This document shows positions 49,066 through 57,833 of a stretch of 64,000 nt of DNA, piece after piece; position 1 is the stretch's first letter; the number at the start of each line of letters is the position of its first letter. The notes beneath the pieces are model-generated. The model was not told the DNA's origin, ran no database searches, and saw nothing but the letters and a program-made list of their open reading frames with translations. The position numbers and the translations under genes are program-made. Source of the DNA: an uncultured bacterium (lineage in GTDB: Bacteria; JAGOEH01); the NCBI GenBank assembly GCA_964632485.1, contig CAZWDO010000002.1, positions 186,001 to 250,000 of the forward strand, in the 5' to 3' direction.

Positions 49066-51465
49066 ATGATCAAAAAGTTTTTATTAGTAATTTTGTTGCT
49101 CGCTTCACTTACTATTATGCTTAATGCTCAGAATTTTAACGTGGCTGTGGCGTCTGAAGTCCTTTATAACGACTCAATTCCCAGCGGTTTGATTTTCAAA
49201 CCGGGACGGATTCTCGATAATGGGCAGACCATCTGGTTGTCCGGCGATGCCGGTTCGGCTGCCGGCGCTTCCTATGTTTTTCTCTCCACTGACGGTGGCC
49301 AAACCTTCACTCAAAGCCCAGCCATCGAAGGCCGCGTGGCCAATCTGGATGCCTTTGATGCCAATACGGCACTGATCGCCATGGCTTCCGGCCATATCTG
49401 GAAGACCGAAGATGGCGGTGAAAGCTGGATTGACGTTTATTCCTACTCCAATGGCGAATGGTTTGACGGTTTGCGCATTATAAACGATAGCGTGGCAGTA
49501 GCTTTCGGCGACGGCCCCAATGACGGATATATGCATTTCGTCCGTACCGAAGACCGCGGTGAATTTTGGGATGAAATATCAGGAATTGATTATATGAATT
49601 CAGCTTATGCGATCTATTCCTGGGGCACGGCGATAATGAATATTGGGGATACAATCTTTGCTGGCGCCTGTAATTCGGGTTACAATCAGGCCTATTTTTA
49701 TCGGTCCTATGACGCTGGAATTACCTGGGAAACCTTCGAGGTCATGACCGGTATTTCCGGCCGCATAAACGGCGTCGCCATGATTAACGGCCAGCAGGGA
49801 CTCGCCAGCGGCCGCATTTCCGCTGGTGTCAGCGTAATCCTTGCGACCACCGACGGCGGTGAAACCTGGGATGAATGCGCTCAACCCGGCGACAGCGCGA
49901 CCTATATCAATTCGGTGACTGCCATTCCCGGTACCAATATCATTGTGGCCGGCGGGGATGCCAATGAAGTGTTTTATACTGACGATCTGGGCGCAACCTG
50001 GGAATCGGTAGTAGTTGAAGGCGAAGAAGCCAACGATTTTCTGGGCGGTCTTTTTCTGAATCAAAATACCGGTTATATGTTTACCTACAATGGCCCGGTC
50101 TATGAATGGACGGGTAGCGGCGCGGCCGCGGGTGGTACCTGGGAATTCGTCGAAGATGTGGGCCATTATAAGCAGCCGCACGGCGTGGTGGTTGACAATG
50201 ACGGCAAGATATGGATTGGTTGTTTCGGCGTGAGCGACACATTGATCGAAGGCGATTCTACCACTGAATTGGATGCCATCATCATTCTTAATCCGGACGG
50301 CACGCACGCTTCGTTTTCTCCGTTGGGCGTGCTGACCAATGACGGAGACATCAACGACACCCTTTTTGATGCGTATCCCTATAGCTGTCGTGGCATTTCT
50401 AAAGATGCCAACGGCAATATTCTGTTTTGTGGCGGCGCGATATTGTGGCGGCTGGACGCGTCTACTGGCAAAGTGATTGACAAGTTTGCCCCTAATAACG
50501 GATCGTTCACCCAGGCATCGGCGGATGCCAACAACTATATTTATGTAGGACATGTATCCGCAGCGAAGCCGGGTCATATTCTTGACGGTGAGGATTTATC
50601 AGAATACGCCCAGTATTCAGCGAGCGTGCCGTGGCTGTCGCGGTCGATCGTGGTGAGCGATGACGGCAAATGGATTGTTGCCGGCCGTATATACAGCGAC
50701 GTGAACGGACTAGGAATTCTCTACAGCGAGGATGGCCCGGACGGGACGTATGAGATTGTTGACACCGTAGGATCGATATTCACGTATGACGAGACCGGCG
50801 CTCCGGTGGCGACACAGAAGATGTGGGCGCAGTGCGTGAATTGGGGTCCCTATGGCAATGCCGATCATCAGATGCTGTATGTGGGCACGTATTGGGACGT
50901 GGCGGCGGCGACCGAAACCACTCCTGGCGACTGGATGCGCTGGTATATTCTGGATCCGATGAACAACTATGCAATCATTGACAGTTTCGGTACCCCTGGC
51001 GCAGTGGGCGGCATTCCGATAGATGCCGAAGGCGCGACGATTCCTCCGGCTGGAGACCAGTTATATGCTCCGCGCGGATGCAGTTTTAGTCCTGACGGCC
51101 AATCAATGTACACCGCCGATTTTGACGGTAACATAGTGAAAAAATGGCGCTGGTCAGGCGGTTCTGCCATTGGCAATGTAAAACAGCCGATCGTTTCGTT
51201 GAAGAATTTCGATCTGTTCCAGAACTATCCGAATCCGTTCAACCCGACGACGTTGATCCCGTTCGAACTGAAGCAGAATGCGAAAGTGACGCTGGAAATT
51301 TACAATTTGATGGGTCAGAAAGTAGTGACCTTGTTGGATGAAAACCGCAGCGCTGGTCGCCATGAAGTCCGTTGGGACGCCACGGGCCAGGCCACGGGCA
51401 CTTATTTGTATCTGCTGAAAGTGGATAACAAACTGCAATCCAAAAAAATGCTCTTCGTAAAATAG
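49066..51465 (+). CDS. Secreted BNR/Ycf48-like propeller + NHL-like propeller protein with T9SS type-A-like CTD (cargo 3)
   Basis: Signal peptide; Asp-boxes STDGGQTF, TEDGGESW, SYDAGITW, TTDGGETW, TDDLGATW; PHGVVVDNDGKIW; QNYPNPFNP CTD. Confidence 0.87.
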   Translation: MIKKFLLVILLLASLTIMLNAQNFNVAVASEVLYNDSIPSGLIFKPGRILDNGQTIWLSGDAGSAAGASYVFLSTDGGQTFTQSPAIEGRVANLDAFDANTALIAMASGHIWKTEDGGESWIDVYSYSNGEWFDGLRIINDSVAVAFGDGPNDGYMHFVRTEDRGEFWDEISGIDYMNSAYAIYSWGTAIMNIGDTIFAGACNSGYNQAYFYRSYDAGITWETFEVMTGISGRINGVAMINGQQGLASGRISAGVSVILATTDGGETWDECAQPGDSATYINSVTAIPGTNIIVAGGDANEVFYTDDLGATWESVVVEGEEANDFLGGLFLNQNTGYMFTYNGPVYEWTGSGAAAGGTWEFVEDVGHYKQPHGVVVDNDGKIWIGCFGVSDTLIEGDSTTELDAIIILNPDGTHASFSPLGVLTNDGDINDTLFDAYPYSCRGISKDANGNILFCGGAILWRLDASTGKVIDKFAPNNGSFTQASADANNYIYVGHVSAAKPGHILDGEDLSEYAQYSASVPWLSRSIVVSDDGKWIVAGRIYSDVNGLGILYSEDGPDGTYEIVDTVGSIFTYDETGAPVATQKMWAQCVNWGPYGNADHQMLYVGTYWDVAAATETTPGDWMRWYILDPMNNYAIIDSFGTPGAVGGIPIDAEGATIPPAGDQLYAPRGCSFSPDGQSMYTADFDGNIVKKWRWSGGSAIGNVKQPIVSLKNFDLFQNYPNPFNPTTLIPFELKQNAKVTLEIYNLMGQKVVTLLDENRSAGRHEVRWDATGQATGTYLYLLKVDNKLQSKKMLFVK

Positions 51466-51467
51466 TT
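51184..51467 (+). repeat. CTD-coding direct repeat, identical to 48598-48881
   Basis: Direct base-by-base comparison. Confidence 0.9.
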
Positions 51468-51480
51468 TTTCTCATAGAGC

Positions 51481-51514
51481 AAAAAAAAGCCGGGGTTTTT
51501 CCCCGGCTTTTTTT
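51481..51514. terminator. Bidirectional intrinsic terminator closing the TBDR/cargo locus
   Basis: AAAAAAAAGCCGGGG-TTTTT-CCCCGGCTTTTTTT. Confidence 0.9.
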
Positions 51515-51540
51515 GTTTATTGTCATTCAGGGCATTTCTC

Positions 51541-51727
51541 TGTCATTCCGGGCTTGACTGCCAGTCCGACCCGAACCGGGCTGGCAGCTCCGGATCCGGA
51601 ATCCAGTCTTTTTTTTACCCATGGATGCCGGGTGCGAGCCGCACTGGCAACCGGCGTCCGGCATGACGCTGTTGGCGCCCATGGATGCCGGGTGCGAGCC
51701 GCACTGGCAACCGGTGTCCGGCATGAC
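51541..51727. repeat. Cluster of REP/RPE-like elements, including a tandem pair with a 60-bp period
   Basis: TGTCATTCCGGGCTTGA[hairpin]..CCGGAATCCAG (51541-51606); CCCATGGATGCCGG..TCCGGCATGAC at 51618-51667 and 51678-51727 (49/50 identical). Confidence 0.85.
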
Positions 51728-51757
51728 ATTGCCGCTGCCATATAGCAATCGCTAAAA

Positions 51758-51952
51758 TTAGCGCTTCAATACCGAGCGGACGTAATATTCGACCGAGCGG
51801 TCATTGGTTTTTTCCTGTTGCGGCGGGAAATAGCAGGCGGGCAATTCCCCATGCGCGCGGTGATAGGCGATGCATTCGCAGCAGAGTCCCTTGCGGCTGC
51901 ATGGATAGGTGCAATTGCAGGCCTGTCGGTTTTCCTTGATTCTGCAATCCAT
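51758..51952 (-). CDS. Small Cys-rich protein (DUF6485-like)
   Basis: MDC....N...[20 protein letters not shown]...ELPACYF; directly after yjbQ. Confidence 0.7.
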   Translation of the reverse strand: MDCRIKENRQACNCTYPCSRKGLCCECIAYHRAHGELPACYFPPQQEKTNDRSVEYYVRSVLKR

Positions 51953-51955
51953 GGT

Positions 51956-52360
51956 TTAACTCATCTCTTTTAGAAACTTGACATGAACCTGTCGCTGCCG
52001 GGGGCCGTCCCATTCACAGAAATAAACCCCTTGCCATGTTCCTAAAACGGGTTTGCCGCTTTCCACCAGCAGCCATAACTGGCAGCCGAAGAGCGAAGAT
52101 TTGATATGGCTGTCGGAATTGCCTTCGCTATGGCGGAAATGGGGGTCCTGCGGGATTTGCCGGCGCATGAAACCAATCATATCGGCGGTGACCGAGGGAT
52201 CGGCGTTCTCGTTTATGGTGACCGCCGCGGTGGTATGGGGCGTATGAATGAAGAGGATGCCGGCTTCCCATTGTTCCTTGCGGATCAAGGCGGCAATCGG
52301 GGCGGTGATGTCGATCATTTCTTCTCGTTGACGGGTGTTGATGGGGATCGTGTGCATCAT
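51956..52360 (-). CDS. yjbQ: YjbQ/UPF0047 family protein
   Basis: HTTAAVTINENADPSV..D, HSEGNSDSHIKSS, LGTWQGVYFCEWDGPR. Confidence 0.93.
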   Translation of the reverse strand: MMHTIPINTRQREEMIDITAPIAALIRKEQWEAGILFIHTPHTTAAVTINENADPSVTADMIGFMRRQIPQDPHFRHSEGNSDSHIKSSLFGCQLWLLVESGKPVLGTWQGVYFCEWDGPRQRQVHVKFLKEMS

Positions 52361-54420
52361 TGCGTTCCCTCCACTTCGTCGGCAAGGTGGGCGGCATCAT
52401 AGAGGACACGCAGCGCGTGGATCATGGCGCCCGCATGGACCGAGACGGCGCGGTTGCGGGTGATATCATAGGCGAAACGTCCCGGCAGGCTCTCGATATT
52501 GCCGTCGAAGACCAGTCCCACCAACTCGCCCTCACGGTTGATAACCGGCGATCCCGAATTCCCGCCAATGATATCGCAGGTGGAGACAAAATTCAGCGGT
52601 TGGCTCAAATTTAGCTGATCGATGCGCTGCAGGAAACGTTCGGGCAACGCGTAGCCTTCCTGTCCGTTAAATCCGTGATAACGGTCGAACAACCCGTAAA
52701 AGGTGGTTTGAACCGGAGCCCGGGTGCCATTCATCGGATATCCCTTAACCGTGCCGAATGTCAGTCTCAGGGTGAAATTGGCATCGGGATAGCTATTTTT
52801 GCCAAGGATGCGGAAGCGAAGCTGACCTAATTTCTCGCCAGTCCCGATCAGTTTGCTTTCATAGAGTTCCTCGTATTCATGGATGATCTGGCGGATGAAG
52901 GGGTCGATTTTGCGCGCCCACTGCAATAACGGGTCCTGGCATTTTTCGATGGCTGAGGGTCCGCCTGCCAGCAATTGCCGTCGGAATTCGCTTTCATGCA
53001 AGCGGGTGGCGCCGGCAAGCTCTGTGCAAAGTTCCCGTGAATCGCGGCCACCCAGCGCCGCGCGGATAAATGGGTCGTCCGCTCCCAGCGCGGCCTGGGC
53101 CCTGCTCAGGGTCCAGGAAGCGATTTCAGCGTCCAGTTCCTGATAAACCGGCGCCGAAGAAGTGATCCCGAGCCGGAACGATTCCAGTTCCGATTCGTGA
53201 AACCCTTTCAGCCGCTTGCCATCGGGTTTTTTTATCTCAGCGGCATATTGGACCAGGTGCAGGGCGTAGCGGAAGAGTTTGGCATATCCGGTGGAATAAT
53301 GGAGATGGCGCGAATAGATTTTCTGGTATTCAGCCAGCAGTTTTTCCATATCGCTCCAAACCGATCGGAATTCCGCAAGTTCCGGATTCTCTTCCATCGC
53401 TGAACGCAACCGGTTTTCCTCATCGCGCTTGATTTCCATTAGATGCTCATCGTTCAATCCGCTCAACATACCGGTGTAAGCCTTGATGCTGTTTTCCAGG
53501 CCGAACCGCAGTCCAGCGGCCTGGCGGGCATGTTCCGCGCTCTGCCGGCTGTAGTCGTGCAATACCGCCATTAGGCTGTTCATTGACTCAAGTTTGTCCG
53601 GGATGAAGCGATTGCGCTGAAAATCCAGGTAGGCCAAAGTTTTAAGCCGGTCGGTGCGGCCCGGATTGCCGACGATGAAGACCAATTCATCCTCGCTGGC
53701 GCCTTCGTTTTTCCATTTCAGATGATGAGGCGTTTTCAGGGGTTTGCCGTTTTCGTACACCCGCAGCAGCGTCATGTCCAGATCATAGCGGGGATAGGTG
53801 AAATTGTCGTCATCTCCGCCATAAAAGGCGATTTGCTGTTCCGGTGCAAAAACCAGGTGGATGTCGGTATATTTTCGGTAGCGGTAGAGCCAATATTCCG
53901 CTCCGTTGTAAAGCGTGATCACTTCCGAGTGGAGGCCGGTTTTTTTTCGGCTTTCCCGTTCGATTTTCGCCATGGCCGCCTTGCGGGCCCTGAGCGCGCT
54001 CTCCGCGTCCATACCCGGTTTGACATCCCGCATCACCTCGGCGGTCACGTCCTTCATTTCGCACAATACCAAAACCTCCAAATCCGGACAGCGAAGCTCT
54101 TCCGCCCGCGTTTTGGCCAGATAGCCATCGGCCACATAGTTTTTGTCAGCGGTCGAAAGTTTTTGGATTTGCCCCAGCGCCACATGATGGTTGGTCAGCA
54201 GTAATCCCTCCCCGCTGACAAAGGAACTGGACCCGCCGTCATTGATGCGCGGACAGGAAAGCCGTATATGTTCCAGCCATTCCGGGGTTGGATTGAATCC
54301 ATAGTTTGTCTTGAGTTGCTCAAGCGGTGGATTGTCGAAGGTCCACATCCCTTCCTCGGCGAATGTTCCCACCCGCGAAATACCGGCTATGATTAGCAGT
54401 ATCAGAAAAATCGTGCGCAT
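52357..54420 (-). CDS. Peptidase family S46 (dipeptidyl peptidase 7/11-like)
   Basis: Signal peptide; EEGMWT, SSSFVS..GLLLTNHHVA, GGDDDNF.YPR, PGRT.R, YPDANFTLR, DIIGGNSGSPV..GELVGL.FDGN. Confidence 0.95.
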   Translation of the reverse strand: MRTIFLILLIIAGISRVGTFAEEGMWTFDNPPLEQLKTNYGFNPTPEWLEHIRLSCPRINDGGSSSFVSGEGLLLTNHHVALGQIQKLSTADKNYVADGYLAKTRAEELRCPDLEVLVLCEMKDVTAEVMRDVKPGMDAESALRARKAAMAKIERESRKKTGLHSEVITLYNGAEYWLYRYRKYTDIHLVFAPEQQIAFYGGDDDNFTYPRYDLDMTLLRVYENGKPLKTPHHLKWKNEGASEDELVFIVGNPGRTDRLKTLAYLDFQRNRFIPDKLESMNSLMAVLHDYSRQSAEHARQAAGLRFGLENSIKAYTGMLSGLNDEHLMEIKRDEENRLRSAMEENPELAEFRSVWSDMEKLLAEYQKIYSRHLHYSTGYAKLFRYALHLVQYAAEIKKPDGKRLKGFHESELESFRLGITSSAPVYQELDAEIASWTLSRAQAALGADDPFIRAALGGRDSRELCTELAGATRLHESEFRRQLLAGGPSAIEKCQDPLLQWARKIDPFIRQIIHEYEELYESKLIGTGEKLGQLRFRILGKNSYPDANFTLRLTFGTVKGYPMNGTRAPVQTTFYGLFDRYHGFNGQEGYALPERFLQRIDQLNLSQPLNFVSTCDIIGGNSGSPVINREGELVGLVFDGNIESLPGRFAYDITRNRAVSVHAGAMIHALRVLYDAAHLADEVEGTQ

Positions 54421-54476
54421 AGAATAGCTCCTGGTTAATGATTATTTATTGCGGCCACGTGTGTAGCGTTAATTTG

Positions 54477-54549
54477 CCCGTGGATGTCAGATCGAGTCCG
54501 GCACGACGCTGTGATTACCCGTGGATGCCGAATCGGAGTCCGGCATGAC
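54477..54549. repeat. Two REP/RPE-like elements
   Basis: CCCGTGGATGTCAGATCGAGTCCGGCACGAC and CCCGTGGATGCCGAATCGGAGTCCGGCATGAC. Confidence 0.75.
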
Positions 54550-54564
54550 AGTTGTGGGCCGGGA

Positions 54565-55638
54565 TCAAATCTGGCCTTTGCCGAGGAACATCCCACGAAT
54601 ATTCTTTATCGATTCAATACGGTTTTTTGCATAGAGTAATGCCGATTGCTCGGAAGAAATATTCTTTTTTTCCGCATCTTTGAGAACCGTTAAGGTAGTG
54701 TTAAAGACATTTTCGGTTTTATGCTTCACTTTTTCTTTTTTATAGCCGAGGTATTCCTCGGCGACATCAATCAGTCCACCGACATTGATAATGAAGTCCG
54801 GAGCATAAACGATTCCTTTTTGGGATAGTAGCTGATCATCACCGGTATTAAGGAGCTGGTTATTGGCTGAACCGGCGATAATCCGGCATTTGAATTTTTT
54901 GATAGTTTGGGGATTGATAATGCCGCCCACTGCACAGGGAGCGAAGATATCGCATTTTTCCTGGTAGATTTTCAGAGGATCGACGATATCAAAGCCATTT
55001 TCCCTGGCTTTTTCAACTTTTTCGGGTTCTATATCGGAAATAAAAACATCCGCGCCCTGTTCTTTGAGAAACTGGGCTAATTTTTGGCCGACCCGTCCAT
55101 ACCCCTGGATCATAATTTTGCGATTTTCAAGTTTATTAGTCTGCCATGTATATTCTGCGGCGGCCAGCAATCCCATTAAGGTACTATAGGCGCAGGCAAG
55201 GGAATGGTCGCCGCTACCGCCGTAATAATATGGCAATCCTGTCACGTAGCGGGTTTCCATACGCATCATTTCCATGTTGCTTTCAGTGATACCAATATCT
55301 TCCGCAGCGATAAAACGGCCTTTAAAGCTCTCTATGAAGCGTCCCAGTGAACGAAAAAGAGCTTCGCAGGGGGTAGTGGCGTTATCAATGATTACGATCT
55401 GACCTCCGCCGAAATTGAGTCCTCCGGCCGCCGCCTTATACGTCATGGCTTTGGAAAGTCTGATGAGGTCAAAGACCGCATCGCCTTCATTTTTGTATTT
55501 CATGAAACGGGTTCCCCCGATTGCCGGTCCCAGCGAAGTGCTGTGAATCGAAAGAATAGCGCGCAATTTGACCGATTTGTCGCTATAAAAGGCGATCTGT
55601 TCCTGTTGATTGGCTTTCATTAATTCAAATATTTCCAT
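54565..55638 (-). CDS. Leu/Phe/Val dehydrogenase family protein (catalytic Lys replaced by Gln)
   Basis: TSLGPAIGGTR, MTYKAA, GGGQ, AEDIG, QGYGRVG, APCAVGG, AGSANNQL, YAPDFIIN.GG. Confidence 0.9.
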   Translation of the reverse strand: MEIFELMKANQQEQIAFYSDKSVKLRAILSIHSTSLGPAIGGTRFMKYKNEGDAVFDLIRLSKAMTYKAAAGGLNFGGGQIVIIDNATTPCEALFRSLGRFIESFKGRFIAAEDIGITESNMEMMRMETRYVTGLPYYYGGSGDHSLACAYSTLMGLLAAAEYTWQTNKLENRKIMIQGYGRVGQKLAQFLKEQGADVFISDIEPEKVEKARENGFDIVDPLKIYQEKCDIFAPCAVGGIINPQTIKKFKCRIIAGSANNQLLNTGDDQLLSQKGIVYAPDFIINVGGLIDVAEEYLGYKKEKVKHKTENVFNTTLTVLKDAEKKNISSEQSALLYAKNRIESIKNIRGMFLGKGQI

Positions 55639-55650
55639 GATGTTTCCCTT

Positions 55651-56751
55651 TTAAAAAAGTTCTTCGATGGCGACCGAAGTGGGGTAGGCCAGGGCTTCTT
55701 CATCGCCTTCCAGGACACGTAGGGCGCCTTGCGCCAATGCCGTCATTTCGTCTTCTCCGGGTAAAAGAATAATGGGCGCGATAAATTCCACATGTTCGCG
55801 TATCAGATCGACGAGCAAGGGCGAATTAGCCATCCCGCCGGTAATAATAATGCTATCGACCTCGCCTTTGAGCGTAGCGGCCATGGCGCCGATTTCTTTA
55901 CTGATCTGATAGGCCATGGCTTTAATGACTAACTGGGCTTTCGTATCATTTTTAATATATAATTCGCCAGCTTCAATCATGCTTTTCGTTCCCAAATAAC
56001 TGTACATGCCCCCCTGTCCGACGACCAGGCGTTTTGCTTCTTTTTCACTTAATCCGTTTTTATAAATATATTCGATAAAATCGATCATGGGCAAAGAACC
56101 GGAACGTTCAGCGGAAAATGGGCCGCCGGACAAGGCGTTGCTTGTATCGATCATGCGCCCTTTCCGCAGAGGAGTGATGGACACGCCGCCGCCGATATGG
56201 GCTACGATCAGATTGGTTTCGTCCAGGCGTTTTTTGAGTTCCCCGGCGGCGACTCGCGCCATGGCTTTGATATTCAGCGCGTGCAACAGGCTTCGTCGTT
56301 TGATCTTACTATGGCCGGACAGACGCGCCATCATCTCCATTTCATCGGTAGAAGGCAAATCGACGACATAAGAGGGAATGTTGTAATCCCATCCAATACC
56401 AAAAGCCAGAACACATCCTAAATTAGACGCATGTTCCCCCTGTACGGCTTCCCGCGCATCGGCGAGCATTTCACGATTGATTAAATAGGTGCCGCTAACT
56501 ACCGGTCTGAGCAATCCTCCCCGGCCGACAACTGCGCTCAGTTTTTCCAATGAGAATTTTTTCTCGTACATAAATTCGAGAATTTCTTTTTTCCGATAGG
56601 TATATTGATCCCAAATATGTTCAAATCGTGAAATTTCCTGATCATTGTGATAAATATTCTGTTTCAGTATGAGATTGTGGTTCTCGAAAACTGCAATTTT
56701 AGTGGAAGTGGAACCCGGATTAATTGCCAGTATATAAAAGAGTTGTTTCAT
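55651..56751 (-). CDS. buk: Butyrate / branched-chain carboxylate kinase
   Basis: ILAINPGSTSTKIA, VGRGGLLRP, HASNLG, HALN.KA, H.GGG.S, ERSG, ITGG, PGEDEM.ALA. Confidence 0.95.
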   Translation of the reverse strand: MKQLFYILAINPGSTSTKIAVFENHNLILKQNIYHNDQEISRFEHIWDQYTYRKKEILEFMYEKKFSLEKLSAVVGRGGLLRPVVSGTYLINREMLADAREAVQGEHASNLGCVLAFGIGWDYNIPSYVVDLPSTDEMEMMARLSGHSKIKRRSLLHALNIKAMARVAAGELKKRLDETNLIVAHIGGGVSITPLRKGRMIDTSNALSGGPFSAERSGSLPMIDFIEYIYKNGLSEKEAKRLVVGQGGMYSYLGTKSMIEAGELYIKNDTKAQLVIKAMAYQISKEIGAMAATLKGEVDSIIITGGMANSPLLVDLIREHVEFIAPIILLPGEDEMTALAQGALRVLEGDEEALAYPTSVAIEELF

Positions 56752-56765
56752 TGATCCATCCTTTG

Positions 56766-57833
56766 TCAACATAAAATATCCTTGATCCGGTCAATTTTTT
56801 GATAACGCTCGTGAGCTTGCTCCAAGGCAATGCTGTATGGCGATACCTTTAGTTCCTGGGCGCGTTTCAGTATCTGCAACATCACATCATAAATAATCTG
56901 AGCGCCTTCCAGGGCTTGTTCGATTTCGGTAAGTTTCAGATCATCATTGAGGTGAAATAGGTCTCCCGCGCTAATTACAAAATCGGGCGCGTACAATATG
57001 CCATGCTCATGCGCTTGTTCGATCAGATTATCGGTCTTAAAAACCGAATAGGCCGCCCCGGCGATCACCCGACAATGCATTTTTTTCAGTATATCAGCAT
57101 CGATCAGATTTCCTTTTGCGCAGGGTACAAAAAAGTCCACTTCCTGATTAAGAATTTCGTTCGGTCGGACAATGGTTGTGTCCGGATATTTGTCCTCAAT
57201 TTCCTTGATATTGTCATAGATGAGATCGCTAATCACCAAATGGGTATCTTCCTGTTTTAAATATTGCACGAGGAATTTACCGACATTTCCCAATCCCTGC
57301 ACAGCGAATGTCAGTCCATTAAGTGATGGACTGCCATAGATCATTTTGGCGCAGGCTTTAATACCCCAATAGACCCCATAAGCGGTAATCTGGGCTGAGG
57401 GTTTAGATCGGTCGGCAATCGTTTTACTAAAGATCGTGTGGATGCTTTCCCGTTGGATATAGCGAAAATCGGAAGCATCGGTCCCGAGGTCAGGGAAAAT
57501 GACCAACCGGCCTTTCAGGCTTTCCAGGAACCGTCCCAACGCTCGAAAAAATGCTTCACTTTTTTCGGTTATTGGATTACCTTGCAACACGATAGCGCCG
57601 CCGCCGCAATCGACGTCCGCAGTGGCGCTCTGATAGGTCATGATCTGCGATAAGCGTAAGGCTTCAGCCACAGCGGCATCGTCATTTTCATAACAACTCA
57701 TCCGGATTCCGCCGACGGACTTGCCAAGAGTCGTGTCATGCAAAGCGATAATCGCTTTTAGATTAGTAGATTCATTATAGGAAAAAATCAGTTCCTCATG
57801 ACCGCGTTTTTCCATTTCTTCGAATATTTTCAT
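56766..57833 (-). CDS. Degenerate Leu/Phe/Val dehydrogenase family protein
   Basis: HDTTLG..VGG.R, MTYQSA, GGGA, TAYGV..G.KA, QGLGNVG, PCA, YAPDF. Confidence 0.85.
   Translation of the reverse strand: MKIFEEMEKRGHEELIFSYNESTNLKAIIALHDTTLGKSVGGIRMSCYENDDAAVAEALRLSQIMTYQSATADVDCGGGAIVLQGNPITEKSEAFFRALGRFLESLKGRLVIFPDLGTDASDFRYIQRESIHTIFSKTIADRSKPSAQITAYGVYWGIKACAKMIYGSPSLNGLTFAVQGLGNVGKFLVQYLKQEDTHLVISDLIYDNIKEIEDKYPDTTIVRPNEILNQEVDFFVPCAKGNLIDADILKKMHCRVIAGAAYSVFKTDNLIEQAHEHGILYAPDFVISAGDLFHLNDDLKLTEIEQALEGAQIIYDVMLQILKRAQELKVSPYSIALEQAHERYQKIDRIKDILC

Noticed and set aside
49600-50577. 325-aa minus-strand ORF, and other short antisense ORFs in the track
   Set aside because: Shadow frames of well-supported genes, with no recognisable motif
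44201-51467. Diversity-generating retroelement (template/variable repeat pair)
   Set aside because: Differences between copies are mostly synonymous and not adenine-specific; no reverse transcriptase in the window
51618-51727. CRISPR array
   Set aside because: Only two 50-bp units with a 10-bp linker, REP-like sequence, no cas genes
51523-51748. Small repeat-containing ORFs in three frames
   Set aside because: Translations of palindromic REP-like DNA
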